From Anthoceros angustus (Eukaryota > Plantae > Anthocerotophyta), in NCBI GenBank assembly GCA_010909165.1, contig VJWM01000044.1, forward strand, positions 992,001-1,056,000: a stretch of DNA of 64,000 bases. Direction: 5' to 3'. A program made the translations under genes and the position numbers. The notes beneath the pieces were generated by a model that saw only the letters and a program-made list of their open reading frames with translations, was not told the DNA's origin and ran no database searches. Below are positions 17,015 to 28,947 of this stretch, one piece after another; within the stretch, counting starts at the first letter, position 1; every line of letters begins with the position of its first letter.

Positions 17015-18510
17015 TAATGGCATGCACTCAATGCATGGTTCGATCAACATTTCACCTAGATGTGTCACCCAATCCATCTATAGCATGAGCATGTACACAC
17101 ATATATGGTCATAACATGAAACCAAACACATAACCTGGAAAAGGTCCACATGGCATGCACATGGTATGTATGCATGATGCATGGTTGCAATCGATGCACG
17201 TGAACATGTCACCTAGATGCCATCAGCGCAATCCATCTATCTCGCATCGGATGTATGGCATACACATATATAGGTCATCGATCTACATAGAAAAACCTAA
17301 ACACCATAACCCAAGGAAAAGGTCCACACATGCATGGCATGTGCATGATGCATGTAATCGGATGCACGTGAACATGTCTACCTTCATGCGCAATCCATCT
17401 ATCTCGCATCGTGATGTCTATATGCACCAAGATATGACATAGGTCATCGATCTACATAGAAAAACCTAAACACCATAACCCAAGGAAAAGGTCCATGACA
17501 TGCATGGTATGCATGATGTATTGCAATCGGATGCAACATGTCTACCTAGATGTCGTGTCAGCGCAATCCATCTATCTGCATCATGTTATATGCACGCATA
17601 TGACACATATATAGGTCATCGATCTACATAGAAAAACCTAAACACCATAACCCAAGGAAAAGCACGTTGTACATACATATCATTTGTTCAAGGCCAAGGA
17701 CAAGTATGATAATAAATAAACCCAAAGTTTCGACATTCGGGGTGTGAGGTGCACGTGATTCAACCTGCTTCCTTGCTTCGACACGCTACCAGAAACATGT
17801 CTATATATGTGGCTTCCTTCCCAATCATAATTCGATTGTAAGTTTGTTTGCATGGAACGGATCCATACTCGGCCTCAGAGGTTCAGGGCAGACAAGGTCT
17901 TTCTCTCTTATGTCTTGTGGGATCCGCATTTTCCGGGAGCCTCGGTCCAACCCTTGCTGTGACGTGTTTCCTTGGTCTTCGACTTTAGCGAACATTGTTG
18001 TCATACCACTTGCCATATGCCATGTGATCCTGAGGGTGCATGTGATGAGGGTGCATTGAATGTATGGCATGCACATGGTGTGTATGCATGAAGTATGGTT
18101 GGCATGTTGTGTATGTGAACATGCCTAGGTAGATGTTGTGTCATGCCACATGAATCCATGTGCATCGTGATGCATGTGACGCAGTACCATAAGATATATA
18201 GGGTTGCGAACACATATACGTAATACATGAACAACATAACCCAATGAAAAGGGCGAGTACGTGCATCGCATACATATCATTTGTTCAAGGCCAAGGACAA
18301 GTAGGTTTTAAATAGACCTATAGTGCCTACCAAGTGAGAGGCACGTGATTAACTGCTTCCTTGGTCCATACTGTAATAAACATGTCTATATATGTGGCTA
18401 CCCTACCATTCATTCGATTGTAGAAGTTATGCATGGAAAGGCATCCATACTGGCCATGCACCGGCTTCTTTCTCTTGACCTTTGGGATCTAGTGGGAGCG
18501 TTAGGCAACC
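17015..18510 (+). repeat. Left inverted arm: ~170-bp tandem units plus duplicated block
   Basis: AAAAACCTAAACACCATAACCCAAGGAAAAG recurs at about 17291, 17460 and 17632, with degenerate copies near 17115 and 18230. The block CATATCATTTGTTCAAGGCCAAGGACAAG occurs at about 17676 and 18273. Confidence 0.9.
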
Positions 18511-20399
18511 AACTTGATGTGGCCACTGGTCAAATGCATTGTGCTTGTTTTGGTCTTGGACACACAAGGGACCATTGTTCATGTGTTCATATAATCTAAT
18601 ATGCACCTCCTTCATTATTGTCATTGTCATTCGAGGAGGGAGCTGAGGCGTGCCCCGCAACGTCATCCTCGTCAACCGCAAGTGCATTGTGTTCTATGGC
18701 GTCGTCATCGCTGTCATGCACATTCAACCTCCCCTGCACATTCAACTGCAATTGCCTTTTTTTCGCATGCTATGCATTTCACCAATGTAAGGTATCAGAG
18801 GCAAATGAATTTGCGTTAGGCATTGTTGGTCTGTGGCATTTTTGGTTTGTTGGGTGGGGTGGGTCCGGGTTGGGCGGTGGGCTGGTGGGTTGGGCGGGGT
18901 TGAGCCGGGGCCGTGGTGGGGCCGGCTGCCGGTGGGGCATGCGGGCTCACCGGCCGGCTCCCGGGTGCGGCGGATGGCGCGTGGCCTGACGGCTGTCCGT
19001 GGAGCGGGCCGTAAGGCGGGAGGACCGGTCACCGGGATGGGGATGTGGGAGTGACCAGACAAATCTCCGAGCCATGAGGCCGGGAAGGGCCAAGGGCAAC
19101 CATGCCATCGAAAAATGTGAAGTGATGGCGGCTGCGGCCAATATGGGCCATGCTCCGATTTCATGGCAAGCAATATGGGATGGACTTCATGAGCCGGACC
19201 GCACATGGCGCACTCACGAAATACCTTATAAATGCATAGTGTCGACGCGCATGCCCGCAACAGGCGACATCGGATGAGAAGGGCATTTGAATAAGCCGGG
19301 GCACAATGAATTGCTTCCAACGCCGTATTGGTGTGCGGTCCGGACACAATGCTCGAGGGCGCAGTTGATACCGCATCATTTGCTTCGCGCCCACTATGTT
19401 CGCGGACCATATCGGACCCATGTTATGACGCATACGGCAGATCTTCGCATGTGACGCGAAGGAACCATGGACCCTCCGCCACCAGACATGTTTGGCTACG
19501 CCAAGTCAAACGCCGACCCACTACGTCATGTCCTCCGCAACAACCAGCGGAAGTGGTGCGGAGCGCAACGCGATGAGGGTGTGTGGTCCGCAGATGCATC
19601 GCACTATGGCGCGCGCGGCGCAACTTGTGGAGAGTATTGTACCGCATAGCTGCAACGGCAAGCGTTATCGGAGCCAAAACTTCGCCGCAATCGCGCCGCC
19701 CCTCGTAACTCAACGATGTACCGCACATGCCGCGTCAAGATTATGGATACGGAGGATTATGGACAATGATTTCAGCTTTCGGCTGCAACACCCTTGAACA
19801 CCGCCACGCAATGCTTGTGACATCACCGCCATCGATCTCGCACATGCGCGTGTCGTCCCCACAACCGAGGCGCCCGCACACACTACCGGGCCGGGCGGTG
19901 GACATAAGGTATCGTGCACCGGATCTTGCACAGGCTCCATGGCGTCTAGCTAAGACAACGTGAGCATTGCACATCACAACCCGCCGGCAGCGAGGGAAGA
20001 AATTGTGGGCAATACGCTTCTGCACGCACGCAAAGGAGAAGACGATCCGGATGGAGGCGGATGGAGGCGGCCGTCGCTGCCCCTCACGGATGGAGGCGGC
20101 CGTGCGCTGCCGCCATCGTGCGCCGCCCGGAGCGGGCGGCAATTGCGCACCGCGGGCGTGGCGCGCGCCACGCCCAAGATCGGGCGGACGCACCGCTGGC
20201 CCAAGCCGCCATCGCCGGAGCGGAGGTTCAACGTGGTCGCCCCAGCGGCCCTTCCACATATGGCGGAGAATGGGTGGGAGGATCATCCGCCACGCCACAT
20301 TGGTGGGAGGAGGGAGACGCGCGAGGAGAGCCGAGGCCGCCCGCGCCGTTGGGACAATCCCATTCACGTGAATCACGGGCGTGGGGTATAGGCGGAAGA

Positions 20400-23300
20400 A
20401 GCAAAAGAGTGGGAGCACCGCCGATGGGAGGCGTTGGCACAAAGCCGCTCGGATACAAGTACCGCCGGACAAGGCTTTCCCAAGGTCGACTTGGGAGATG
20501 GAGAAGGGCGTTGTCTTCGTGTCCGCTTCGACACGCAGTGGAGCTAACGGCCTCGCATGCGGCGACAATGGAACGCCCGTCAAGGAACTGTTGCATTGTG
20601 CGAGGCTCTATTCGACAAGCTCGCCACCGGGGCCGGTGGTCCGTGATCCGGCAAGCACACACAAGTCCGGTGTATCGACATTCTCGCCCAATTTCTGAAG
20701 ACAAATACACAGGGCCGACGATGCAAATGCCGATATCCGGGACGTGGACGGCAATTTACACCTGGCGGAGGTTAGGGGAGCGAGCGGGCGCCGAGGTGTA
20801 CTGGGTTCCGGAGGAGGAAGAAGTGGATGTCACCAGGGATGGAGAGCGGGGCGGTGGCGTGGGTCGTGGTCGGCTGGAGGAAGAGTTCAACGCTGCCGAT
20901 CGGCCCCATCCCCGACCTTGGAGGCACTCACAAGATCCCACCCGCCGCGACGGGACATGTGGGAGGACGACAATTTCCTCTCCTCAAGGCCAGCGCGGTA
21001 GAGCCTGCGCCTGGAGGCGGGCGCACGAAGTCCCCGGCGACGGCGCGGGCACGCCGTTGATGGAGGCCGCGCAGGAGCGGAAGAGGCTCGCATGGCAACG
21101 GACCTTCTTAGTTGTGGAAGAGCTCCGCACACACCACCGCAGTGGAAGGGGGGCGCGGCTGCGCGAATCCGGGCGCCATCCAGAGGAGCTTCTTTCTTCA
21201 AATTTTGGGTCACTTGCGGAGAAGGTGAAAATGGCGATTGAAAGATGCGGGGCGCGGTGCTTGCAAGGCTGCAACATCTCGTGGACACGCGCAAACTCAC
21301 GGAAGGGCTCGCTCGCATCCGATGGTCCAAGGCATGGACGGCTGGAAATGTTCGACATCGCCACCATCCAGGGGTTCTTCGCGACGCAGGCCTCCACCGC
21401 CGGCTGGCGCCTTCTCGAGGACATGGACGACACCTGACCTTCGCCATGACGGCGGAAGAGTTGCGATAACGCGAATAGCACCAACTTGAGGTTCGCGATG
21501 GATGAGGACGAGATGCTCCGATCGACCGCAGCCCACCGCAGGGTCGCCTGCAGAGGTACCGAGAAGGCGGAGAAAGAACGGCCAGACGCGGCTTATGGCA
21601 TTCCGAGCGGCGAGGAGCGACGACGCACGCGATGCAGTTTGCTGACCGAGAAGGCTCAGATGCCGTCCGAACGAGCAGAGCGATTGAGGACATCCTAACC
21701 TCCGTGTGAGTGCAAGATGCCATGCAATGGGTGCGATGGGGTTCGCAACGCCACGGCATTGGTGATTGCTGAGGCGGGCATGGAGTGCCAACAACCTGAC
21801 AATTTCGACCGGGGAGGGGGGACCTTTCCACCGCTTAGAGTGCGATCGCACTGCACGGGACGGATGTAGTCCACGAGGTTGGAACAGGGACGGTGCCTAC
21901 GAGAGCATCGCCGAGGCTCGAAGTACTCGAGTCGCCACATTTGTGGACGGCGTGTTCAACGAACGCAACGCGGTGCTACACATTACCACATCGCCCATGT
22001 GAGTGCATCCGACCCGCAGCATGGTAAGATATATGCCAATTGATGCAAATGTGCGGTGTGACGACGGCAGATGCCTCCGGCAGTGCCATGTTCTTCGCCA
22101 CCGCTCTACATGCCGGCAAATGGCATTGAGGTGAGTCGTCCCATGACATTTGCCACACTCGCGCACGCACTAGGGCCAGGACAAGGCAAGGAGGAAGGAT
22201 GCGTACGAGAGGACGTTGAAGAGGGCTTTTAAGATATGTTGACAAGCACCCATGCTCATGGCCATCCTCCAAGAATCGAAACGGGCCCCGATAAGAGGAG
22301 CAGTGCGATTTCATCGGCCGCTGGTCCGATGGCGATGTGCTCCCCGGATTTTTCAAGCATGTGGCATGAAGCCCTCGTGATGTCCCGGGGCGCAGTGGCG
22401 CGCGATTCAAGAAGGTGCAGACCAGCTTTTATTCACCGGTGCCCGCACGCTGTGGGTGGGAGAGGGTTCATGTGGTGCACACCGGACAAGAGGGCCATGT
22501 TGGAGTGTCTAGGGAGTGCACGTTTGAGAGTGTCACTAAGTTCTTCACCGCCACGCATGGATGCAGGCGACGTTCTCGAGTGAGTGAGATTCGAGCTTGC
22601 CGCAGCTTGAGAGAAATGTTCGTGAAATCGCGAGAGATGTCATTCGGCGATAGAGCGCACTGCTCACCTTCATCACCGATGAGTTTACTTCTCAAGCCAA
22701 TGGTGGTCAAGTGTTCCTCCGGGCATTTGGGCGCCCCGAGGACGTGCTCGCCTCCTCCGGCGTCTCAAGCTCGGATGGCCACGCTGATGAAGCCATCCGC
22801 ATGAACTCCGTATGGGAACGCTGGGCCGGCCTGAGTCGGACCTCGCTTCATTAGAGACGCAAGTGGTTTTGGTTGTGTTTGTCCCGGCCCCGCACAAGAG
22901 GGCACTAATGTGAAGAGACTTTGAGCCGTCCGCACTCACTTGGTTTGATGGCGGACACGGAAAGAGCACTGTGAGAAGACGCCGCCTCGACGTGAATTGC
23001 TTTCCACCAATTGAGAATGGATGTAAACAAGGCGCAATAATACAAAACCGTAGGGGGCGGTGGCATTTGCGCGGCCAGTCGAATGGCGCGGAACCAAGTG
23101 CACCCGCCGAGGTTCCAATCGGCCGCGGCCCGCCGACAATCACATTGGGGAAATGGAAAGAGGTGCAGCGGAGGTTTTGAGGCGGAAGGTCTTCCATGGG
23201 AGCGTGCACCGGTCGCATGGCGCATCGCGAGGGGTGGTGCATCACCGCCGAGCAAGGTTGTTGTCATGCGACAATCCGAGGTGGACAGCTCAAAGTTCTT

Positions 23301-23460
23301 CAGACATCGCGGAGCGACGTCAGAAGAAGACAATGCAGAAGTGTGCGACGTGGAAGTGCGGTGCCCGAAGTGTGCCTCGATGAGACGAGGTTTGGGCCAT
23401 CGCATTCCGTGCCGCCGAGGTGCCGGGCATGACGCCGAGGAGTTTGACCGCGTGTGAAGA
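20400..23460 (+). pseudogene. Possible decayed Mutator (MULE) transposase
   Basis: Scattered fragments across frames, in plausible order: EMEKGVVFVS (MuDR N-domain-like), ESIAEARSTRVATFVDGVF (FVDG first catalytic Asp-like), RWRCAPRIF, and VRCPKCASMRRGLGHRIPCR (SWIM-like). Many stops and frameshifts; similarity is by eye. Confidence 0.3.
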
Positions 23461-24399
23461 CGGGGATGCGCGCAGGCTGCGGATGCGGAGGGAAGGCGCT
23501 TTGGTGCATCATCGATGGTGAGCCCACTGCACGCCGCACACCATCCGGCTGCTGTGCCAAGGTGCCTTATGCGCGTGGGAGGAAGGTCCTTCAATGCGCA
23601 GTGGAGGGGCGGGCGACGACCGGGAGTAGAGGCGCAGGAATGGCCTCCAAAGGAGGTGCATTTCGATTGCGCCGCAATCACCGGAGGCATAGCGTGAACT
23701 TGCTGGGTGGCGATGGCGATGCGCTCATAATAGCAATGGCGATCGCGAGTGGAAGAGTGGTTGTGGAATGGCGGTAGCAAAGGGCACTTTTACTCCTCCA
23801 TAAGTTTGGTGTTTCGCAAACCAAGGAGCCGCAGTTGATTTGTAATCGGTCCAAAGCCTAATGACGAATTTGCTCGTCGTGGTCGGGGTCCAAAGCACAA
23901 CGGTGTTTCGTTTTCATGTCAGATTATGTGAACTAGTCCTCGATCCAATGACGAAAACAACATCGCTTGTTTTTCGCTATTCGCCTTAGGCCGAGGACTA
24001 GTTCATGACATGATTTTTTCTCGTTGACGCCCAAAGGCCAAGGACTAAAATGTACTCGGATTGACGAATGGTCCGAATGTAAGGTCCGATTCAAGTGTAG
24101 GAAGAAAATCCATTTCCCAACTACACGGTACTTGCCTATCCCGCCTCGCGCTATATATATACGAAGACAAGGCCTTCGGACCATCCCCACTGGCCATGAA
24201 AGGGAAAATACTCATTGGCCTTTGGAGCTTACATTGGCAATGAAGGGAACAAAACTCCTTGGCCTTTGCACCAATATGTCAATCAATGAATGGAAGAAGA
24301 CCTTGGCCTTTGACCAAACCGAGAATCACCAAATGAAACGAAGTATTTACATACCGCTTAGCTGTGAGCATTGCGCATAGGTGCGCCCATTGACAAGAC

Positions 24400-25590
24400 A
24401 ACAACCGACGCCCCACTAGACAATGGTTCCCAAAGGTGAGAAGAGGGAAAAGAGAAAAGAAGGGACGAAGTATGGCTGCCTATCCTTTATGACAAACATG
24501 TACAATCAAGAATCATAGGTTGGGTAGCCCACATATATAGGCAAAACCACCGGGACTCTCGATGAAGCACCACCGCACTGATGGTACTGATCTATTTAGA
24601 GTCCTACTTCTCCTTGGCCTTTGAACAAATGATATTTATGCGCTTAACAACCTACTAGCCCTTTTCCTTGGTTTATGATTTTCAGGTATTTTCTATATAG
24701 GTGCGTGACCTATATATGTGTCGAGTATCGTGCCTTACAAACATCGCGATGCACATAGGTTGATTGTGCCATGACACAAAGATCTAGGTAGACATGTTCA
24801 CATACACCACATGACGTGGTCCAAAGGCCAAGGACGTTTCTTCCTATATAGGTAGGGCAGGATAGGCAAGTAGTGTAGTTGGTAGTCCATGGTTGGGTAG
24901 CCCACATATAGGCAAAAACCGGAACTGCTGATGGAGTGCCACCACACCGATGGTAGGGCTTAGGTATATTTGTAATCCCACTTGTCCTTGGCCTTCGAAC
25001 AATTGATATTCATACAAGAACGATCGCCTTTTCCTTGGGTTATGGTGTTTACGTAGTTTGAATATAGATACCGACCTATATATGTGTCATAGTACCGAAC
25101 ATGCATCACGATGCACATAGATGGAAAAGGTGCCCATGATGAGCATCTAGGTATACATGTTCATGATACTTCACATGTCAACCATCCATCCTACATGCAT
25201 GCATACCATGTGCTTTCCATGTGCACATTTTCCTTGGGTTTTGATTTTAGGTCTTTGTATATAGATTCGCTGACGATGTATGTGTGAGTACCGTCGAACA
25301 TATATCACGATGCACATGCACATGGTATGTATGCATGATGCCCGGTTGACAGTGATGCATGTGACCATGTTCACGTAGATGCCGTGGTCGGCACCTTTTC
25401 CTTGGGTTTTGATTTTTATGTCTTCTCTATATACTCGCACGTGACCTTTATATGTGTCATGGTACCCTTCCTGACATGCATGACGGTGCACATACATGGA
25501 TTGTGCCATGGCACAGCATCTAGGTACAAATGTGCCATCATCCATACATACCATGTGGATGCCATCCATAGGCAATGCACATGTGACATT
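24400..25590 (-). repeat. Right inverted arm, mirror of 17015-18510
   Basis: CTTGTCCTTGGCCTTCGAACAATTGATAT...CTTTTCCTTGGGTTATGGTGTTT (about 24981-25050) is the reverse complement of 17640-17703. Region 24603-24640 mirrors 18232-18304. TTTTCCTTGGG units recur near 24622, 25030, 25228 and 25396. Confidence 0.88.
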
Positions 25591-28500
25591 GGTGCAAATG
25601 CGAAGGACTTTTCTTCCTATTTATAGGCATGCAAGGCAGGGAAAGGCAAGTACCGTGTAGATGCCATGGATAGATGGCAGGAACACATCGGAAAAGGCGG
25701 AAGTGGTAGGTTGACTAGCGGTCAACGATCGTCCGGACTAAGCAAGTAAGTACGCTTAGAAGGTTGGAACCGCACCGCAATCGAAAGCAAGCGGCAACGC
25801 AGAGCTGCCGCTGTGGTGTTGAAATCGAATAGTCAGAGAATGCAGCTGGAAGCCAAAAACAGCTACCGGTGGCAACGGCGATGCATTGCCAAATGCCACC
25901 GAAAGTATGCAACAGAGCTTTTCATTAAAGTGTTGGGGCAGCTCACCAAGAACTCCAAGTGCCACTTTTCAAAGTGGAAGCTCACGAGCATAGGCGCTGG
26001 GCGGGGCGGCGGCGAGGTGGAAGACATGGAGCTGACACACCCATGCCTGCGCCGGACGGAGGAGGGAGGCGACCGGAAGGCATGGCGGCATCAGGAGCAC
26101 CGCCGGCGACGATGAGTGGCCGGCGCAACATGCGGCGGCATCGCTCGCCCGGCCAGGCAGCTGCCAGAGCAGCGGGGTGGGGAGGGCCAAATACCGAGGG
26201 GCTGCAGTAATGCTTGAAGACAGGGCCCCAGGACGAGCATGCAGCAGCGGAGGGCTCGGCCGGGTCTGCCGGGAGGGCATCCCGATGTGCCTTGGTGGAG
26301 CCCTCCGCAGCCTGTATGCACCTGGGGCGCCCCAACAAGCGGCCCGGAGGTGTCGCTTTGCAGCCCACAAAGGGTCAGGCAGCGATGGGTCGCCGCTGCA
26401 CCCGCCCAAACCGGAGGGCGTGAGGGCGATTGCATGCAGCCCAAGTCCCGGACCGCATGAGGGGTTGAAGGCGACACCGAGCGCGGCAGCAGCCGGGTTG
26501 TTACGGCTGCAGCAGCGCGGGAGGATGACGCGGCGCTGCGGCAGCGACGCCGCCCGTAGGGAAGGTGATCGGCCGACCGCAGCCACCAATGGCCGCAGTG
26601 AGGGTGGCTCGCCGCATGCGCCAGCGGTGGGGATCGGCCGCAGGTCCGAGGGCCGCAGCAGGCCGCAGCCGACATTCGCTTTGCCCCACCAACGCAAGGC
26701 GGCTCAAGGATCGAACCCATGTGGTTGCCAAGGCGAGGTGCAAACACAGAGGCGCATGCCGGTGAGGCATCCCTGCGCCTCTCGTGGACGTGTGGCGAGG
26801 GGCGAGGAGGTGGGGAGGCGTGAGGATGGTGGGGCCCCAGCCGGGAAGGCGTGGGCGCAGAGTGAGGAGAACGAAACCGAGGAGGGAGAGAGGAGGCGCC
26901 ACGGACGACGGCGAGACGGACCGGGTTGCGAACGGCGAGGGAGCCACCGGACAACAATCGAAGACTATGGTAAGTGAACACACAATCCGCCGGATCGCAA
27001 TGTGTTTGACAATGCCGGTGGGTTGTTGCCTCGAATGTAAGGTTGCAAGTGGTGAACTTTGCCATGCCCGGTACTCATATGTCCGCGAGCGGCGTGTGTG
27101 GAGAGTGGACGAGACCAGCCCTATGGTCATCACGACGAAAACGGAACTTCGCTCAGATCCGCTATACGGACGTGAGCCGCCAAGATCGAACGAGACCGGC
27201 GGCCGTCATGGAGCGAGGACAAAGGCCGAGAGAGAGCCGAGCTCATCGCTGAGCTCGAGGCGCGCGGCACCGGAAGAGGGTGCACCAGGGGCACCTAGCA
27301 GGGCGGGCCAGGCCAAGATGCAAGGCGAGAGGCGATAACCCGCGCCGAGAGGCGTGAATGGGGCACCGGAGGGGCCACCAAGGCCGCAACAAGGTGGGGC
27401 ATCCACCAATGGAGCTGGTAGCAATGGTAAGTCCAATGCAACAGTAATCGACGCCGCCATGACCCTCCTTCTTGAAGTGGAGAAGGTGCGCAACCTCGAG
27501 GGTCCACCGCACCGACATGGAGGGAGTGATGGACTCACGCATCGCCGACAACGCAGCCAGGGAATAAAGATCGCGGCCGCGTTCATGGAATACATGAACG
27601 CAAAGAATGGCCGCATCCTCCATGCCATCGGGCCAATGTGCAAGTGCGGTGGTGCCTCCTCTCGCAATCGCCCCACCACGCCTCGGGTCCCCTTCCCATT
27701 GGTGCCGGGATGCCTCCCCAACCTCACAGGATGCTGGTGCACTGCCCGCCATGGCATATGCCCGCACCTCCCAGTGAGGATATTCGCCTCCAAGAAAAGG
27801 GGGCGAACAAGTCCGCTGAGGAGGAGCCAAGTTCGGAGCACAAGAGGATGGAGGGGCCGCCGAGGCTCTTCCGCGACCGATCGCGGGCGAGGGAGGTGTT
27901 TTTTTGTTAGGAGCGCCCCACCATGAGGTGTGAGCGCAGACTATGTTCGGATGTTTTTTTGCTGAACGCGCATGCGCTCGGCAGTGTCCGGTAGGACTGG
28001 AAGTGGATTTGTAGGACGCAGTGACATTGCCTGCTTGATGAGGTTGAGGAGGGGATAGTGTGAAGCATGGACCGTAATGCCCATTGCAATGGTTTTCCAA
28101 TGTGTTCGGTTTGAAAGGTGAAGTTACGATCATCTTCGTCCGCCCCATACATCCAATCGCAAGCACAACACAAGCATGTTAGTAGGCAAGCACACCAAAC
28201 GTAGGGATCGCCTCCCATCCCGCCCTTCCCGCATATATAGTGAAAGCATGTAGCGGAGGATTTGCGCGAACGCTGGCCATACCGCGAACAAAAGTTCCTG
28301 TGTATGTGTTGCCCGCCATGTTTGTGTGTAGACCCGATGAAAACCCTAACACCGTCATCAAAAACATGTATGACACCATTACCAACACCGTGCCAAGGAA
28401 CGTGTGAGAATGTTTTTCCGCATCGAACCCGCGTCGATGTGGCACGTATTATACGGTATATACGTGAGTATCAAAAGATTCCGGCATATCTCGTGAGCGC

Positions 28501-28947
28501 ATAATCGAAAAGAAAGAAAGTCACACACAGACTCCCGTGTGACGAGATCGGTATTCCATAGATCTTGAGTCACTTATCTCTTTATATTCTTTTTATATCT
28601 TATAAACATCTAACATACCTTATTACATATAATCCACAACTATACAAGTATATATTTATAAAGAATTTTCAAGCCCCACCCCCGGCGGAGCATCACCTCG
28701 ATGGCAGCCAAAGAAGTGCAAAAGATGTACAGCGCAAGGCACATGTGCCAGCTTGGGGTAGAGTGGACTTAGTCACTTTACAGGACGTTGCACATTAACC
28801 CATGTCGCAAGTGAAAATGAGATCGAAACTAAATATGTCCCTTGTCTACACCCTGAGCGTGGCCCGTGACAGCGAGAGTTGAGAGAGAGACCAGGTACGA
28901 TTTATTTTACAAAGCGAAGCGCGTAGGAGAAATCGAGTGAGTTTGGA

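Larger units (their letters stand above)
11168..28558. mobile_element. 17.4-kb TIR-bounded composite DNA-transposon-like block
   Basis: Left TATGGAATATCCCGATCTCG (11166-11185); right CGAGATCGGTATTCCATA (28543-28560), which reverse-complements to TATGGAATACCGATCTCG. Both flanks are AT-rich low-complexity DNA. The interior is GC-rich with no intact host gene. Confidence 0.6.

Noticed and set aside
17100-17700. Regularly spaced repeats resembling a CRISPR array
   Set aside because: The sequence between the conserved words is also repeated, so there are no unique spacers. No cas genes are present and the context is eukaryotic.
19880-19930. DIRYRAPD as a kinase subdomain VIII motif
   Set aside because: No other kinase subdomains in any frame nearby.
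20061-21437. 458-aa ORF as an intact gene
   Set aside because: Low-complexity, GC-driven frame with no continuous homology; at most part of a decayed transposase.
11168-28558. LTR retrotransposon (TG...CA ends)
   Set aside because: The two ends are inverted, not direct, repeats. No LTR pair, 5-bp TSD, PBS, PPT or RT/RNaseH motifs were found.
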